Below are positions 24,080 through 39,015 of a stretch of 64,000 bases of DNA, piece after piece. Position 1 is the stretch's first letter. Each line of letters starts with the position of its first letter. Origin of the DNA: Podarcis cretensis (Eukaryota); the NCBI GenBank assembly GCA_951804945.1, contig OX638158.1:37448001-37512000 (forward strand). The letters run 5' to 3'. The notes below the pieces were generated by a model. That model was not told the DNA's origin. It worked only from the letters and a program-made list of their open reading frames with translations, and made no database searches. The position numbers and the translations under genes were made by a program.

Positions 24080-27000
24080 ATGTATGTATATGTATGTATA
24101 TTCATATGTGGATTACAAAATAAAGCATAAATTCACAGCTGAGGTAACCCACATTGGAGGAAAGGGGGGATTATAGTGGAAGCAAGTTGTGGGGGCTGCT
24201 TGTTCTGTGGTGTAAGAGCAGGGCAAGCCTGCCTGTTAGCCATACTGAGACTTTTGCCTTGACAGTGCTATGGGAAGAGGGGAGGGAGCAGACTTGAATG
24301 CTCTCACCTGGCCACTCACTTACTCACCCGTTTCTGTTTAGGACTCCAGGAGCACCACTTCTGCTTTGCCATTGCAGCAGAATGGTCAGCAACACTCCTG
24401 CACGGCTTTTTGCCTATGTCAGAATGTCCGGGCTAGGTAGTCTTGAAGATGGCCTGCACTGCTGCTGCTTTGCCAGGCAAATACTGTTCAGAGTTTAACA
24501 GCAGTTAATTTTTAAGTGTAGTGAACGGTTTGGGTCACTTCAGCCAAAATGCCTCACTCTGTAGACTCCGATCTGCATATCCACTGCCATACAGTGGTAC
24601 CTCTGGTTACGTACTTAATTCGTTCCGGAGGTCCATTCTTAACCTGAAACTGTTCTTAACCTGAAGCACCACTTTAGCTAATGGAGCCTCCCGCTGCTGC
24701 TGCGCTGCCGCCGTGCGATTTCTGTTTTCATCCTGAAGCAAAGTTCTTAACCCGAGGTAATATTTCTGGGTTAGCGGAGTCTGTAACCTGAAGTGTCTGT
24801 AACCTGAAGCGTCTGTAACCCGAGGTACCACTGTATTTGCAGATGTGAGAAGAAATAGAGCTGTGTGTCATCAGTATATTGATGACAATACTCTCATAAT
24901 GTCCAGATGATTCCAATTGGTAGTTTCATACAGATGTTGAACAGCATGGGGGATAAAACAAACTCTTGTGGAAGCCCACATTAAACGCTCTATGGGGACA
25001 ATCCCCAGTCACTGTTCTCTGGCTCTCAGATAGGACTGGAAATAGCACAAAGCAGTGCCACTCCAGGATGATACCATGGTCATGGATATCAAAAGTTGCT
25101 GAGAGATCAAGGAGAATTAACAGGATCAGACACTCCCTGCAACCAAGGCAGTTTCCATGCCCAAACCAGGTCTATTGCATTTCTGTGTAGAGTAAGGTAA
25201 AGGTAAAGGTACCCCTGCCCGTACGGGCCAGTCTTGACAGACTCTGGGGTTGTGCGCCCATCTCACTCAAGAGGCCAGGGGCCAGCGCTGTCCGGAGACA
25301 CTTCCGGGTCACGTGGCCAGCGTGACATCGCTGCTCTGGCCAGAGCCAGAGCCAGAGCCGCACACGGAAACGCCGTTTACCTTCCCGCTGGTAAGCGGTC
25401 CCTATTTATCTACTTGCACCCGGAGGTGCTTTCGAACTGCTAGGTTGGCAGGCGCTGGGACCGAGCAGCGGGAGCGCACCCCACCGCAGGGATTCGAACT
25501 GCCGACCTTTCGATCGGCAAGCCCTAGGCGCTGAGGCTTTAACCCACAGCGCCACCTGCGTCCCTCTGTGTAGAGTAGCTGGTTCCAAATTTTCATCTAT
25601 AAATATAAAGTAGCATATAGACATTTTATACAAATCTGTACCTTTTTGGTGGTGTGCGAGTTCTTCTTAGGAAGGAAAAAACAACCAGGGAGAAAAGCTA
25701 GTTTGCCGTTTTCTAACCAATTGCCTGTAATAGACCTGTGCTCATGCTGTGCCTGTTTTTAGTGCAACATACCTCTTGTGGCATGATTGAAGTCTATTGG
25801 TTGATAATGTTCTTTGGTGATGTGCCAGAACTGAAGATTCTGACATCCTGTTTGGAATTTAGATTGGAGAACTTGCAGTTGTCTCTGTAGCAACCAAGAG
25901 TAAAAGCAACAGCATCTTTAACTGATGAGTTCAGCTGGAAATTCATTTCATCATCATAGAGTGTGCTGTAAATTAATAGGATTTGAATAAGATGATTTTC
26001 TGTAGGAGAAATACTGATCTGAATAATAAATTTCAAGAAAAAGAAGTGCAGCTCACTGAAATTCTTCTGTGATAACATCACAAAGAGATGCATTCCATCC
26101 AGACTTGAGGTTTCATAATGGAGAATCTTAATATTATCCCTGTAGACCACAAAACATTCCAACATACTTAAAAAATAATATCATACCAGTCTGGAATCCC
26201 CAGTACCTTTTGTAATTCTGATTTCAAAAGGCGGAACTAAAGGCTTCACAGTATTTCAGGAAGGTTCCAAAGGGAATGTCCTCTGAGAAGACCTCTTTCT
26301 AGTTGTTTATCAAACTGTTGACAATATAGTCAAGGTGATATTGCAGGTCAATTTCAGAGGTGTGATCCAGTGTGATGGGAGAGTCTGTTCTTGGTACAAA
26401 TCTGTAAGGCTGTAAATGTATTTCTCATGTTTAACCCTTTGTAAAGTGATTTATAATTCTTAGCTCATTTATTGCTCCTAGAAAATTCATCCATAAACCC
26501 AGCATGTTAAAAGACAACCCTGTAAATAATCCCACAAAAACATCTAGCTTGCTGGGGAAAGACAGAAGAGGGACAGAGGACTGTATTGCTGTGTTGGGCC
26601 TGGAGGAGGAGACATGCCTCCTTGGACATCCCTTTTGGTTTCTATGCTGGGCTCAGGGGATGGATAGAACACACTATCCCATATCTGCCAGCCAACTCAA
26701 TTGCCTGCAGGCAGATTTTTATTGTCCACAGCTGCCGTCTAGTGCTTAAATACAAGGCTGTTGAAAGATGTAGGATAGCCAGTTTAGGCTTTAAAGCACA
26801 GGTGTAATGTGTGGCCCCTGTTCATAGGAACATAGTCCTGATAAAATGGCATTTAATAAAAAGAATCAGACAATCTCAAATAAGGTTAGATTTTGCAAGC
26901 CTTGATTCTTTAATCTGAGAATGGTTAACACATGATAGATTGTGTGTTACTGTGTGGTTGGCAAGGCCTAATCACTGACAAGTGTGCTGTTCCAGCTGTT

Positions 27001-30000
27001 TCTAGTAGAAGAGAGATAGAAAGGATGTTTGGTCCCTGGGATATTGTACTTGCCTCAAACTTGAAAGAGGTTGCTTTGTTTGTCTCTGGCTCTTTGAGAT
27101 ATTTCTTACAGAATCATTCTCAAGTCTTGCAATCTGTATTTGCCTCAGCTATACAACTGACACATGTTTCGTAGCAGGGGTAGCCAACATGGTGCCCTCC
27201 AGATGTTATTGGACTCTCATCTTCCATCAGCCACAGCCAGCAGGGTCAGTGGGCAGAGATAATCGGAGCTGCAGTCCAACAACATTTGAAGGGCACTATG
27301 TTGGCTTCCCTTGTCTTATGTGCTTCTTTATTGTAGACACCCTTTTTATAGACTCACAGAATTGTACGCTTGCAAGGGACGCCAAGGGTCATCTAGTCTA
27401 ACCTCCTGCAATGTACTTACGCAGTTCATATGTGCACATACAAACTGTACGTCTGAATAAAAACATATCCTTTGTATGTGTGTCTTTAAAATATTTGCCA
27501 TTTATCATTACAAATATTTATTACAGAAAAAGAAAATGCATGAAAAAGGTGAATTCACAAAACCAAAGCAAAGAACCAATATGGCCTTATGATCCCCTGC
27601 TTTTTCATTCCAAAATAGGAAGGTTATCCATATTTCAATTAACTTATTTTCGTATAAATTGTTTTCTCTTGCTTTGACACATTAAGTAAAGTTGGAGCTT
27701 GTAAGTAAGTCTCAAATCCCAAAAAATCCACACTGACAAAGGAGGGTATCCTTAAGCTGAAATTGACATTCCAACTGCTGCTAACAGTATAGTGGCCATT
27801 TCAATGTTCCCCTTAACAACACAGTCCTCTAACTAATGTAAGTTGATATTCAGTGGGTTCTTTAGAATCTCATATACAGTTAATTATTTGATGTTATCCA
27901 AGACATGATTCCAGAAATTCTTAGTTTTACAACACTCCCCAAAGATATGTGGGCAATATGCCTAGTGTTCATTACAAATATAAAATTATTTGCAAGGTAT
28001 AAAATACCATCAATGCAAAGTCTTATAGTGATTTTATTTTAAATTGATTGTTATTATACTTTGTTCATTCTGTGCCGAATCCATTTCCAAGCTCTGTCTG
28101 GTATGTTGGTTCCCATTTTTTCTGATTCCCTTTCTCTTTTTTAGATAAAGTTTGAGAAGCAGTCTATAGGTGTTATCCACCTTTCCTTTGTGTACTTTAA
28201 CACAGCACAGATAACACAGCACAGATAACACAGCACAGTTATCGAAATCTAATCAATTGCTGCTTATATATGCAGAATATACAAAATGAACAAGTAAATA
28301 AAAACATGCCATGGAATTGACCCCATTCTTTAGGTGAGGTATCCTTGAAAGGAAATGATTTGAGCCCCTCCCGCCTAACAAATATTGCCAAAGCAGTGCC
28401 TTTTTATGTGCAGTTCCCAATCCAGTGATGTGAACCATATACATGTTACCCACTGCATGATGTTTTGATAGAGTTTGCATGCGAGTATAGCAGATTAAAA
28501 GATAAAGTGCCAAGTGTCTGCCAAACATTTTCTTTGAGAATAATGAGACCAGTTTCTCCCTCCAGTTGCACAATAAACTTCTGGAGACAGAGCATCAGCT
28601 TGGGGAAGCCCATGGCCGGCTAAAAGAGCAGAGACAACTGTCAAGTGAAAAGCTGATGGACAAGGAACAGCAGGTGGCTGACCTTCAGCTAAAACTTTCA
28701 CGGGCTGAGGAGCAGGTAGGAATTATAAGCAACATGCAATTCTTGCTTAGCTTTTAAATTATGTTCCATAGTAGGTATCTGGAATATCCTTTATCATATT
28801 GTTGGAACTTTAATAAAGTATAAGCCAGTACCCTATAAATGTGCAAGTTGCTTTGACAAATTAATCCAGAGAAGACTTTGAAGTCTCTTGACCACTTACA
28901 GTTTGGAAAAAAAATAGTAGGGACACAAATTATTAATCAGTACTAAAATAAAGGAGGACGGGAAGTCAGAATTGAACTGGCCACTGCAAAGAGGGTGAAC
29001 AGGCACTGATCGTCTTCACAGGGCTCTGTGAGATGATCTCTCTGGAATTTGTGGAACGAGCCGTGGTTCATCTTTCTCTTGAACTGAGATCAGTAGCCCA
29101 TCCTGCATGCTGCCAACAGTCTCTTCCCTCTGCTCCCCTTCCAGTACTTCTTTGGGATGTCCTGTGTGCTTCAGTTGTAGCTACACAGGGGTGGGGTGGG
29201 GATCCGAATGGTTTCAGTCTTAGCTAAAGAACTGTGCCTTCTAAAATCCCTTATTCTGTTCCCTCTCCTCTCTCTCCAATCTGAAGACATACAAGGTAGG
29301 TATGGTGATATATTTTTAATGGATCAAAGTATTGGTCCTCCTTGATTAAACAAGAGGTCTTTATTATTTACTTCCCCCTCAAGATTTGTCCTGGGGTTAA
29401 GGCAGTGGTCGCTATCTGGCTTTAACTAAACCTATGAAGATTGTTGTTATTGTTATCTAAGGCACAGCATGCAAAATTCTAATTATGTCAAAATTCTTAT
29501 TAATGAAACAGAAGCCATTTTCTTTTTTTCACATGCAAATTTCCAGATGTAAAGCACCATGCCAAGTTACACACTTTTATTGTACTTTGGCACCTTTTGG
29601 AATAGAAAAAGTATTCCCTGGTGAAATACTGATACTTCATTTTGTCTAGTGCAAACCTAATACATGTCTTCTAAACTCATTTAAATGGTATCTATTGTAA
29701 ACTGCTTCAGTATTAGACAAAATGATAAACGCTATTAAACTACTGAATTGTGCTTATCAGTTTTCAGTCAACAGTCTGTGACTATTTTTCTAAGCTAAAG
29801 GAGAAAGCAGCAAATGCAACTGAATTGCAGCATCAGTTAGATAAAATGAAACAGCAGCACCAGGAGCAACAGAATCTTCAGCAAAGCACGACAGCAAAGC
29901 TGCGAGAAGCCCAGGTAAGAGAGCTCATGCTCCTAGAAAAAAAGATCATGTTGGCAGTAGGTACAAGAGGTGGCAATATCAATGTCCTCTGATGCACCAG

Positions 30001-33000
30001 GTGAGCCCGCTACAAAAAAACAAGGATTTTACTCCTGTCATTTATTCATGCTTCAGTGACTTTTACATTGGATTAATGACACCCCAGTTTAAAAAAGCAT
30101 TACAGCTGATGGACTGAAAACCTCAACTGGTTCAGAGTTTTGATGTTCATCTGCTGATGGTATAATGATATGTCAACCATATAAAATCTGTGCTGAAGTT
30201 ATCTTCATTGGCTGCTAGATTTCTGAGGCCCAATCCAAGCTATGGGTCTTAACTTTTAAATCCATAAATGATCTGGGTCCTGTGTATCTCAGGGAGTAGT
30301 AGATCTTCCAATGAGGCCCTGTTTGAGGTATCATCAGTTGTGGACATCTGGTTGTCCTTAGCTAGCAGTCGTTGTCAGGGAAGGGCTGCTTTTTCGAACT
30401 TCACCTCTTTGAAGGTTTGGCAGTTTTTGAGTGCAGGGACTGAAAACTTGTCGCTTTTTTGGGGGGGGGGGTGGTCAGGTATTAGATTCAGTAAATTCTG
30501 TTTTGTGTTTTGCTCATTTTGAAACTGTTTTGATTGTCCTTCTGTTGTGGCTCTCTGGGTAGGTTTGTTGCCTGTTACATATTGTTTTTTAGACTTTAAT
30601 CATTTTAATATGTTCTTACTGTAAACTGTGCCAGGAGCCATTATGGTTAAATGGCAATATCAAAATACAGTAAGTAAGTAAGTAAGTAAGTAAATAGAAA
30701 TGTGTTATAATTAATTGAACTCTTTTATTCTCCTGCCACCCTCAAGAATGATTTGGAGCAAGTGCTTCGTCAGATTGGGGATAAGGATCAAAAAATCCAA
30801 AATCTTGAAGCCCTGCTGCAAAAGAGTAAGGAGAATATCACTCTGTTGGAAAAGGAAAGGGAGGATTTGTATGCCAAAATTCAAGCCGGTGAAGGAGAAA
30901 CTGCTGTTCTTAACCAGCTACAAGAAAAGAACCACACATTGCAAGAACAGGTAAGATTTCTAAGGTAGAATTCTGGGTTCGTTTAAAAAGAGCTGTTGCT
31001 TTTCTGTTCGATTCACAAAGTGTGTCATGACTGAAATAGTAAAAATAAATAGAAAGAATGTTTAGGCATTTAAAAGATCAGACTCTTGTTTTTTTCCTTG
31101 TAAATTTGTTATTTTAATACTCTTGAATATGTGAAAAATTGTTCAGTACATGCAATGATATGATATTAGCCCTACCCATACTATAGAGTACCGACACCCA
31201 TCTTGCTGATATTTTGTAGTTTAAACATATTATTTTCACATTGGATGTGATAATCTGATTCAGTGTTTGATGATGCTTTCCCCCTCTAATGTATATGTAA
31301 GATAAATACTTGAGTATGTTGTTTGTGGATACACTGATACAATCTGTTCCCATACTGCTACACCAGTATACCCTAGCCAAATTAGCATAACATTGTCAGA
31401 GTCCTGTGCTCCCGTAGCAGCAAAGTAGAAAGCAAAATAATGTCAGTAGAAGTAAGAGAGAACCTAGCAACACTGAAGGCCACTCCTTATAGCATTCAAG
31501 CAATAAGACTGCCCTGATTGTGCTTGCTGAAGATGACCCCAGATTAGTTATGCATGGAAGGCATCAGTCAAAGCCTGGTGAAGGCTAAATGACACCATTT
31601 AACAATACCATTATATCACCCACCTTGGTTCACATCCTTTCTTAGGCATAGTGCAAAACAGGAAGAGATGCCAACACCTTCTTTAGTACAGATCTCCATG
31701 GTACGTGTAGAAAGGTGGCAATTGATATATGCCATCAGGAGCTTCAGGTGTCTCTGTAGGCAAAGGCTTGTAGCCCTCAGCAGCCCAAACAGTGGATGGT
31801 AGTCCATAATCCACAAATGTTTTGCCAGAGGGAGAAGGAAGATTATTCTTGCTGCAGCAGTCGACCAGTTTCATATTCTTGTTAACACAAGAACTCCATG
31901 GAGAGCCAAAGTGTGGCAGACCTCTAGGGAGAAGAGCCAGTGTATGGTGTGTATATAAAATGACTTTCTTTGTAGGAATCAACCGAAAGTTGAGCTTCCA
32001 CCAAGAACTCAAAAGGAGCTTAATAGGAGGGCTATAATCAGATAGACCCTTCTGAGTTAACTTCCTTACCCCTTACCCTTTTGATGCTTAAATTTTATAA
32101 ATTGGTTTTGCAGCACAACTTTAATTTGCATTTGATTCTAGTAATAGTAGGGTAAACGTGTGAAGTCTATAGTAGTGCTTATCCTACTAAAATTATAAAA
32201 GAAAGGCCAACGGTCAGCGTTGGTCTTCATATTATAGAGTAGACAATATATTTTTGTAAGTTTCCCTGTTCTGATTATCCTTTTGTTTTCTTTATAGGTT
32301 ACTCAACTGACGGAAAAACTGAAAAACCAGTCAGAAAGTCATAAACAGGCCCTAGAGAATTTGCATGAGCAAGTGCAGGAGCAGAAAGCTCACCTAAGAG
32401 CCTCTCAAGACCGCGTTCTCTCCTTAGAGGCAACTATAAGTGAATTAAATACTCAGCTAAGTGAAAGCAAAGAAAAAGTAATACAACTTGATTTGCAGGT
32501 AATTTAATTTTATGCTGCGTGCGAATCAAAATATATGAGGGGCAGGGATACTAGTTTAATTTCAGTAAGCCTGGTGACAGCAATCTATCTTGATCACCTT
32601 CAGAAATTTGCTTCTATAATTCCCTGAAATTAAACCAGTATCCATGCAAACATCGCTATTTTTTTTTAAAAAAGTTTGTAACTGTGTAACTTGCATGCTG
32701 CAGTTGTTTGCTCTTCATCAGTTAAACTACAGTTGGCACAATTCTTTGAGAGATGCTATGTGCTTTAAATATGTAGCATGGATGTGACCTTAGTGCTAAT
32801 CAGAATTCAAATAGCTTTTGAGCTCTGATTTGCTCATCCAGTTGTTCCTACTTTTTCCTCTTTCCTCACCTGTGCATTGCCACTGCCCACCTTTTGGTTT
32901 GCACTTTGCCGCAACGTTTTGTCAGTTTGTTTTGGAAGCTCTTTTCTTTTAAAAGATCTCTCAAAGCAAATATTTTCACGTTTCTGGATGACAGGAGCTA

Positions 33001-36000
33001 GCTTGGGGCTATCAGTTCTGCTATAGTTAACGAAGCAAAGATTTGCATGAACAGCAAGCGTAGTTGACTTGAATCTGGCGATATTGCTGAACCATGTAAT
33101 TTACCTGCAAATTACATTTGCATTGAACATCAAGGCAGGTTGGAGGAAGTATTATTATTGTCTCTTTATTGTCTTGCTATACGCTAAAGAGGGTTAGAAA
33201 ACATAGAGCCAGAGTAATAAAAGACTTTGCTTTATGTTATTGGCTTTGTGGGTTAGAAGCTCTCCAGAGTTTGGTTAGTTCTATGGGCTTCTTTTTTGTA
33301 CCAGCCCCTGGAACTGAAAAAATGCTATACTGGAGGAATGTTGGTTTAGCTGTTTTGAATTGAAAATAGGCTTAGAAAAGAATCTATGAAATTTTAAATC
33401 ATTTCTGTGTTAAAAGTCAGTTTAAAACTCAGAAAAACTAAGGTACGTTTGGAAAGTTCTTCAAAAATACTCACAATTGGCAACCCATTTTTGGAATTAA
33501 ACTGATGAATTGTGGCTTTTCCCTGAATTGATGAACAGTTGAATTGCTGTGATGAATTCTGTTTTAGCGGCATCTTTTGGAAGAATAATTGATTTAATTG
33601 GTATCAGAATACTTAGTAAACTGCTTACTTCAGGAAAATAAAAGTAGTTTAAAGAAACTGCAGTTGTTGTAATATTAGTGATTGACACTGAAGCACTTGC
33701 TTAATTCTCTGTCAGGTAAAAGCAAAGACTGAATTGCTTCTATCAGCAGAAGCAGCTAAAGCTGCTCAAAGAGCAGATCTCCAGAATCACTTGGACACTG
33801 CCCAGAATGCATTACAAGATAAACAGCAGGTGAGAGAAACAACAAGGTCATGTAAAATGCCTTCATGATTAACAATGATAATCTGATATGCTTAAAACCA
33901 GATCACTTGGGGAAATCTTGTATATAATAATATAACTCTGTGATGACCTCTATGGTTGAAATTGTTAAAACAATATTGTTAAGCTATTTTTTTTAATGAA
34001 ATATGAAGGGAGATGCATACATGATTTACTACAATTGTGAATGAACTGTAGTGGAAGAAAATGGGTCAGATTTGACTCGATTCACACAACTTTTTAGGAT
34101 TGTCTGAAGCCACTGTGGGAATGTCAATCAGCTAATGAATGTGTGGGTGTGTGTAAAATTCAGAAGTTAATACTTCTTTTTTATTTGTTTGTTGTATTTA
34201 TATATCTGTCCCATAATGGAGTTCTCTGGGTGGCTCATGAAGTAAATTAAGCAGTTCTTTGGGTCCTAGCCCATATTTTTCAGCTGGGAATGAATTTTCC
34301 TTGATGCATATTGGCTAATGAAACAATTTATGGCCTCTTAAACTTGAAGAAGAAGTATTTTTTTATATGCATTTTTGTGTTTTTATATTGTAAACTGCTC
34401 TGTGATTTTTGGATGAAGGGCAGTATGGAAATTTTAATAATAATAATACTTTAAAAATGAATTAGTTAAGGGCTTTCAGCTGCAAAGTAATATTTTTTTG
34501 CTGTTAAACATGTGTGACAGTTACGGGGATTCTCTAAAAATTACCCTTTTCAATGTTTATTAAAAGGAGCTAAATAAGGTCAGTACACAGTTGGATCAGG
34601 TTACTGCTAAGCTGCATGACAAACAAGAATTCTGTACTCAGCTGGAAGCCAATCTTAAAGAGTACAAAGAAAAGCATCTTCATTTAGAGCAGAAAAATGA
34701 AGAACTGGAAGGTCAGCATAAGGTTAGCATCTAGGAACCTTATTATTATTATTATTTGTTCATATGCTGCATATATGATACGTGCATTATCAACATTGGC
34801 AAAGTGAGGATGGTATGAGTGGAGAATTGCTTTGAAGGTAGGATCAACTTTTTATTCACCTGATTCAATGGCCACCAAATATAGAACAAAGAAAAAGAAA
34901 AGGAAGGAGAAAAAGAAAAGAAAAGGTCTCCAAATTGTAAGGGATGTAGGGGGGAAATGAAGGTTTCCTAAAAATGCTATGGCACAAAAGCCAGTGAGTA
35001 GCACTGCTTCAGTAATGTACTTGCCTTTACAACAGTAAAGGACTAAAGTTTGGAGGTTATTTGACGTTTGACTGCCTCTTTGAAAGCAAAGTTTTAAAAA
35101 CAGCACTTTTAATAACAATTGCCAGTTCACATTTAATCACAAAATTTGTGTAAGCTTCCCTGAAATATGTGTGGAACAACATCTGTCAAAATAAAAACAC
35201 GATTTCTTTTCAGAACAAATGGACAGAAGGGGGAGGGGGAGGGGGAATATTTTTCAGAAGTAGCATTTTGGGTGTAACTTCATTATTATTATTCATTGAG
35301 TGCCACAGCTGGACTGTCAGTGTGGGTGAGGCATATTTGATTCCTAAACATCACATAGCAGAGATGATATCCTGCTCTGCAGTGTGTTTTAGTGGGTGAG
35401 ACTGGTGTTGATCAAAGTCAAGTTCAGGTTTAAGCAGGATATGTTGCTTAAGGATAAATATTTGGATTGTATGTAAGGATCTTACCCAAGTAATCTCGAA
35501 AGTGGCCATTTCTTTGAATATTTGTGGTCTTCTCCTTCTTAAATGTGGGGAAAGGTTTTGAATTTGTTTCTATCTGTTACTGGGGGAATTAAAGAAAGGA
35601 GACCACGCCGTTAAAATATCATGTGTATATGCTATACAAGATAACAAGTCTTGCCCTCTGCTTACTTAGAAGAATGGGATTTTTTTTTTTTAAAAAAAAA
35701 ACTTCTTAAAATTGTGGCAGTTTATTTTGTGAAAAATGTTAACCTTCTGAAATCTTCCATTTCAGAAACTTGAATCTGACATTCTTGAAGTCATGGGAAG
35801 TAAGGAAAAGGCACTTCAGGAGCTACAGGAGCAAAGGCAACAATGCACAGACTTAAGTCTGAAGGCTGCAGAACTGACCAAACAACTAGATAGAGAAAGA
35901 GAAATGTATGCTAAATATCTTAAAACATACTACGTTCCAACTTTGGATTGAAGTGTTATGGGTACCCCAAGCATTTTTGTTGCAGAATGCTTCTTCTTTT

Positions 36001-38979
36001 CCCTCACCCCCACCTTGGGATTATAGCAGGGTTGGAGATTTAAGTGCAGAAAGCTAGAAACGGCACATATTTTTGCTCCCTTAACTCACATGCCCTGCAT
36101 TTTAGCAGGAAACATTTCTCCCTTCTGCTGCCAGCTGCCAGCACACCTAACTGTATGCTTTGCTCATCTGATCAAGATGCATTATGGTGTCTCTGATTAT
36201 GCCACAGTTACTTAGACACATCACAGTAACACATGTCCTTCCAGTGATGGTCAGTGGTGGTCCAGTGAACCGTACCACTGGCCTACCGAGTTCCGTTTTG
36301 CCTATTCTGATTGGCAGAGACTCTCCAAGGCCTCAGACATGTATTTGTCAGTGCTTCTACCAAAAATCATTTTATAAGATGCCATGAATTGATCCTAGGC
36401 ACTTATATGTGCAAAACCCATGCTCTGCTCCTGAGCTGTGCTCTCCACAAGTGCAGTGCAGGGATTTGTTATTGGTTTGTCCTCATCAGATAATTCAGAT
36501 CTATTGAAATGTCAATGATAAACTGCTTTCACTATTTGTACCAAGTTTTATGAATAAATTGTTTTGAATAAGCAACAAGAATACAAATAAGATTAGTTGA
36601 AATTCACACAACTGACCAAGCAGACCTGCATTTTATTACTTATCTATTTATGAATTTCCTTTTACATGTTTCTCAATATACCACAAAACAGCTAAAAATA
36701 GTTTTAAAAGCAGTACAAAAAGCAACTTCACCTTAAAGACAATAAAAAATGGGCACATAAGGGAGATTTTTTTTAAAAAAGCCAGTTGGAAAAGCTTATT
36801 GAAACAAAAATGTCTTGAATTGTTTCTGAAAAGTTCAGATAGCGAGCCTCGGTAATATCTCATCAGGACGGCTGTTCCACAAAACGGGGGCAGAGTTACG
36901 GAAGAGTTTGTGTATTTCTAAATGGAAAAGAGTTGAATCGAAATGGCTCTTCATTCTAGAATTTGCATTTCAACTCATAATATATAGTTTATTGGTGCTG
37001 CCAGCATATCATTTAGCTATCAGGAGATGAAAAGAAAGCTTAAAACATTAGTTATTTAAGGGGATAACACATGTGACCCACTTGTTATATTTTATGTGTG
37101 AATGTTGGCTTATGCTGCAGTTTAGTATTGAACTATTTTTATTTCCCCCCCTCTGTATAGAATATCTAGTACCAAATTAGATCTACAAAAGAAATGTGAT
37201 AGCCTGGAAGAAGCGAACAAGCAGATATTGAAGCAAGAAGAAGAAAATGGAAGACTGAAATTGGATATTGAGAAATTACATCAAGATTCAGACAGACGTC
37301 ACAAGGAACTGGATGGAAGGCTGCAAGCGGTGACAGAGGATTTGCAGAAGATGAAGTTGGAAAAAGATACTCTATTAAAGGAACTTGAAGTTATCAAAGA
37401 CAAATTGTCAAAAAGCACTGAATCTTTGAAAGAAGCCAAAGATGAATTGGAAAAAGAGAAACAGAAAGGAAAGGCAGCAGTGGCAGAAATAGTGAGTCAT
37501 GAATTTTTAAACAAATAGAGATTTCCTGTGCGACTGATTTGTGCATCTATGAATACTAGCTGTGCTTTGCTACTTGCTGTGAGATTTTAGGGCAGTATGC
37601 CAGGACTGGTGAAGCTGACAATGGGAAATTAATACTCTCAAGTATACTAAATTGAGCTTTTCACTAATTAAGTGTATTATCTTGGCCTGCACGTGTGTGG
37701 TTCTTTTGGGCACTGACTGAATTAGATGTCCATCTGCTGTGATTTATTTTTGAATGGCATTGGAAAGAATTGGGAGAGGTAATGAAACAGGTTTGTTTGA
37801 TGTGGTTTGTGGAAGAAATGCAACTAAAAGTGTATGAAATATCTCTGTGTTTTTGGCAGTGGGGATAACCCAGTTAATTAAGGAACACTGTCATAACTTT
37901 AAAAAGATGCCCATATGTTTTCCTGAACATGATATAGAATTCCTTATGTTGTATTATATATAAACAGATACTAAAGTAACAATTTTCACTCTCTTGTGGG
38001 CGTTTTGAGGCCTTTTAGAAAGGCAAGTGACCCTAGTACCCTGTTGGAGATGAGCGGCAGGAAAATTGAGTAAGCACCTGTTGTTATGAATATGACAACT
38101 GAAATTGCTGGCTTTGAGGGGGGAAAGTAATATCTGCTAGAAGAAATTATAAACAATATGATGATATCAGCTGGTGTAGGGCAGTATGACCCATGCCTTA
38201 AAAAATAAAACCACATCTATTTTGAAAGATGATATTATCCATGTATTTCCTCTCTTACCTGATTTCTGTGTAGGCCAACATTAGAGTACAATAGTAATAT
38301 ACATTTGATGAAATTTCTGTTTTTGAAAGCATATAGAAGCTTTTTCCTCAGAATTTCATTTTCTTTTTTTATGATGACAATATATTCTCTTAGTGTGATG
38401 CATTCTAAAACATTTAATATGTGTAAATTAATATTTTTTCCTTATTTTATACCAGTTATACACAAAACTTTTATTTAATGCTGCAAAGATTTCAAATCTA
38501 TGCAGAGGTGCTGTATTAGGAATTTTTTTACCCTAAAAATTGTATGATTCAGTGCTTAAAACCAAAACAATAAAAGAATCCTTGAAATTAGTTGAGTTCT
38601 TATTTTTAAAAAGGTTTCCCTTCCTCCCCCTGATTACTGTTGTTAAAGTTTGTTTCCAAAAACTTAATTTTCACTCATCAATTAAATGTAAAAGTATAAA
38701 AATGCTTACAGTGCAAGTCTGTACATTTCTACTCACAAGTAAGTTCCATTGAGTTTAATGGGGCAAACACATGAGTAGATACAAGATGGCAGCCTTGGCT
38801 TCTAACATAACTGGTTTTGTTACTGACCTTTATGATGAACAGTGTTAAATGAAAAGGGTCCATTGTGAAAAGAGAAAAGTTCTCATTGTTTATTAGTGCT
38901 GTAGATTATTACCTTTGTTTCTTTCACAACCAACCTTGTGGTGCCAGGTTGTGATCTACACAGTATCTCTGTCTATCTA

Positions 38980-39015
<36 letters not shown>

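Noticed and set aside
33711-33722. Acceptor immediately followed by a donor-like sequence (cag|GTAAAA; also tag|GTGAGC at PLEKHG7 61299) suggesting recursive splicing
   Set aside because: Introns are short (under 1.3 kb) and the GT is explained by a Val codon; no supporting evidence from sequence alone
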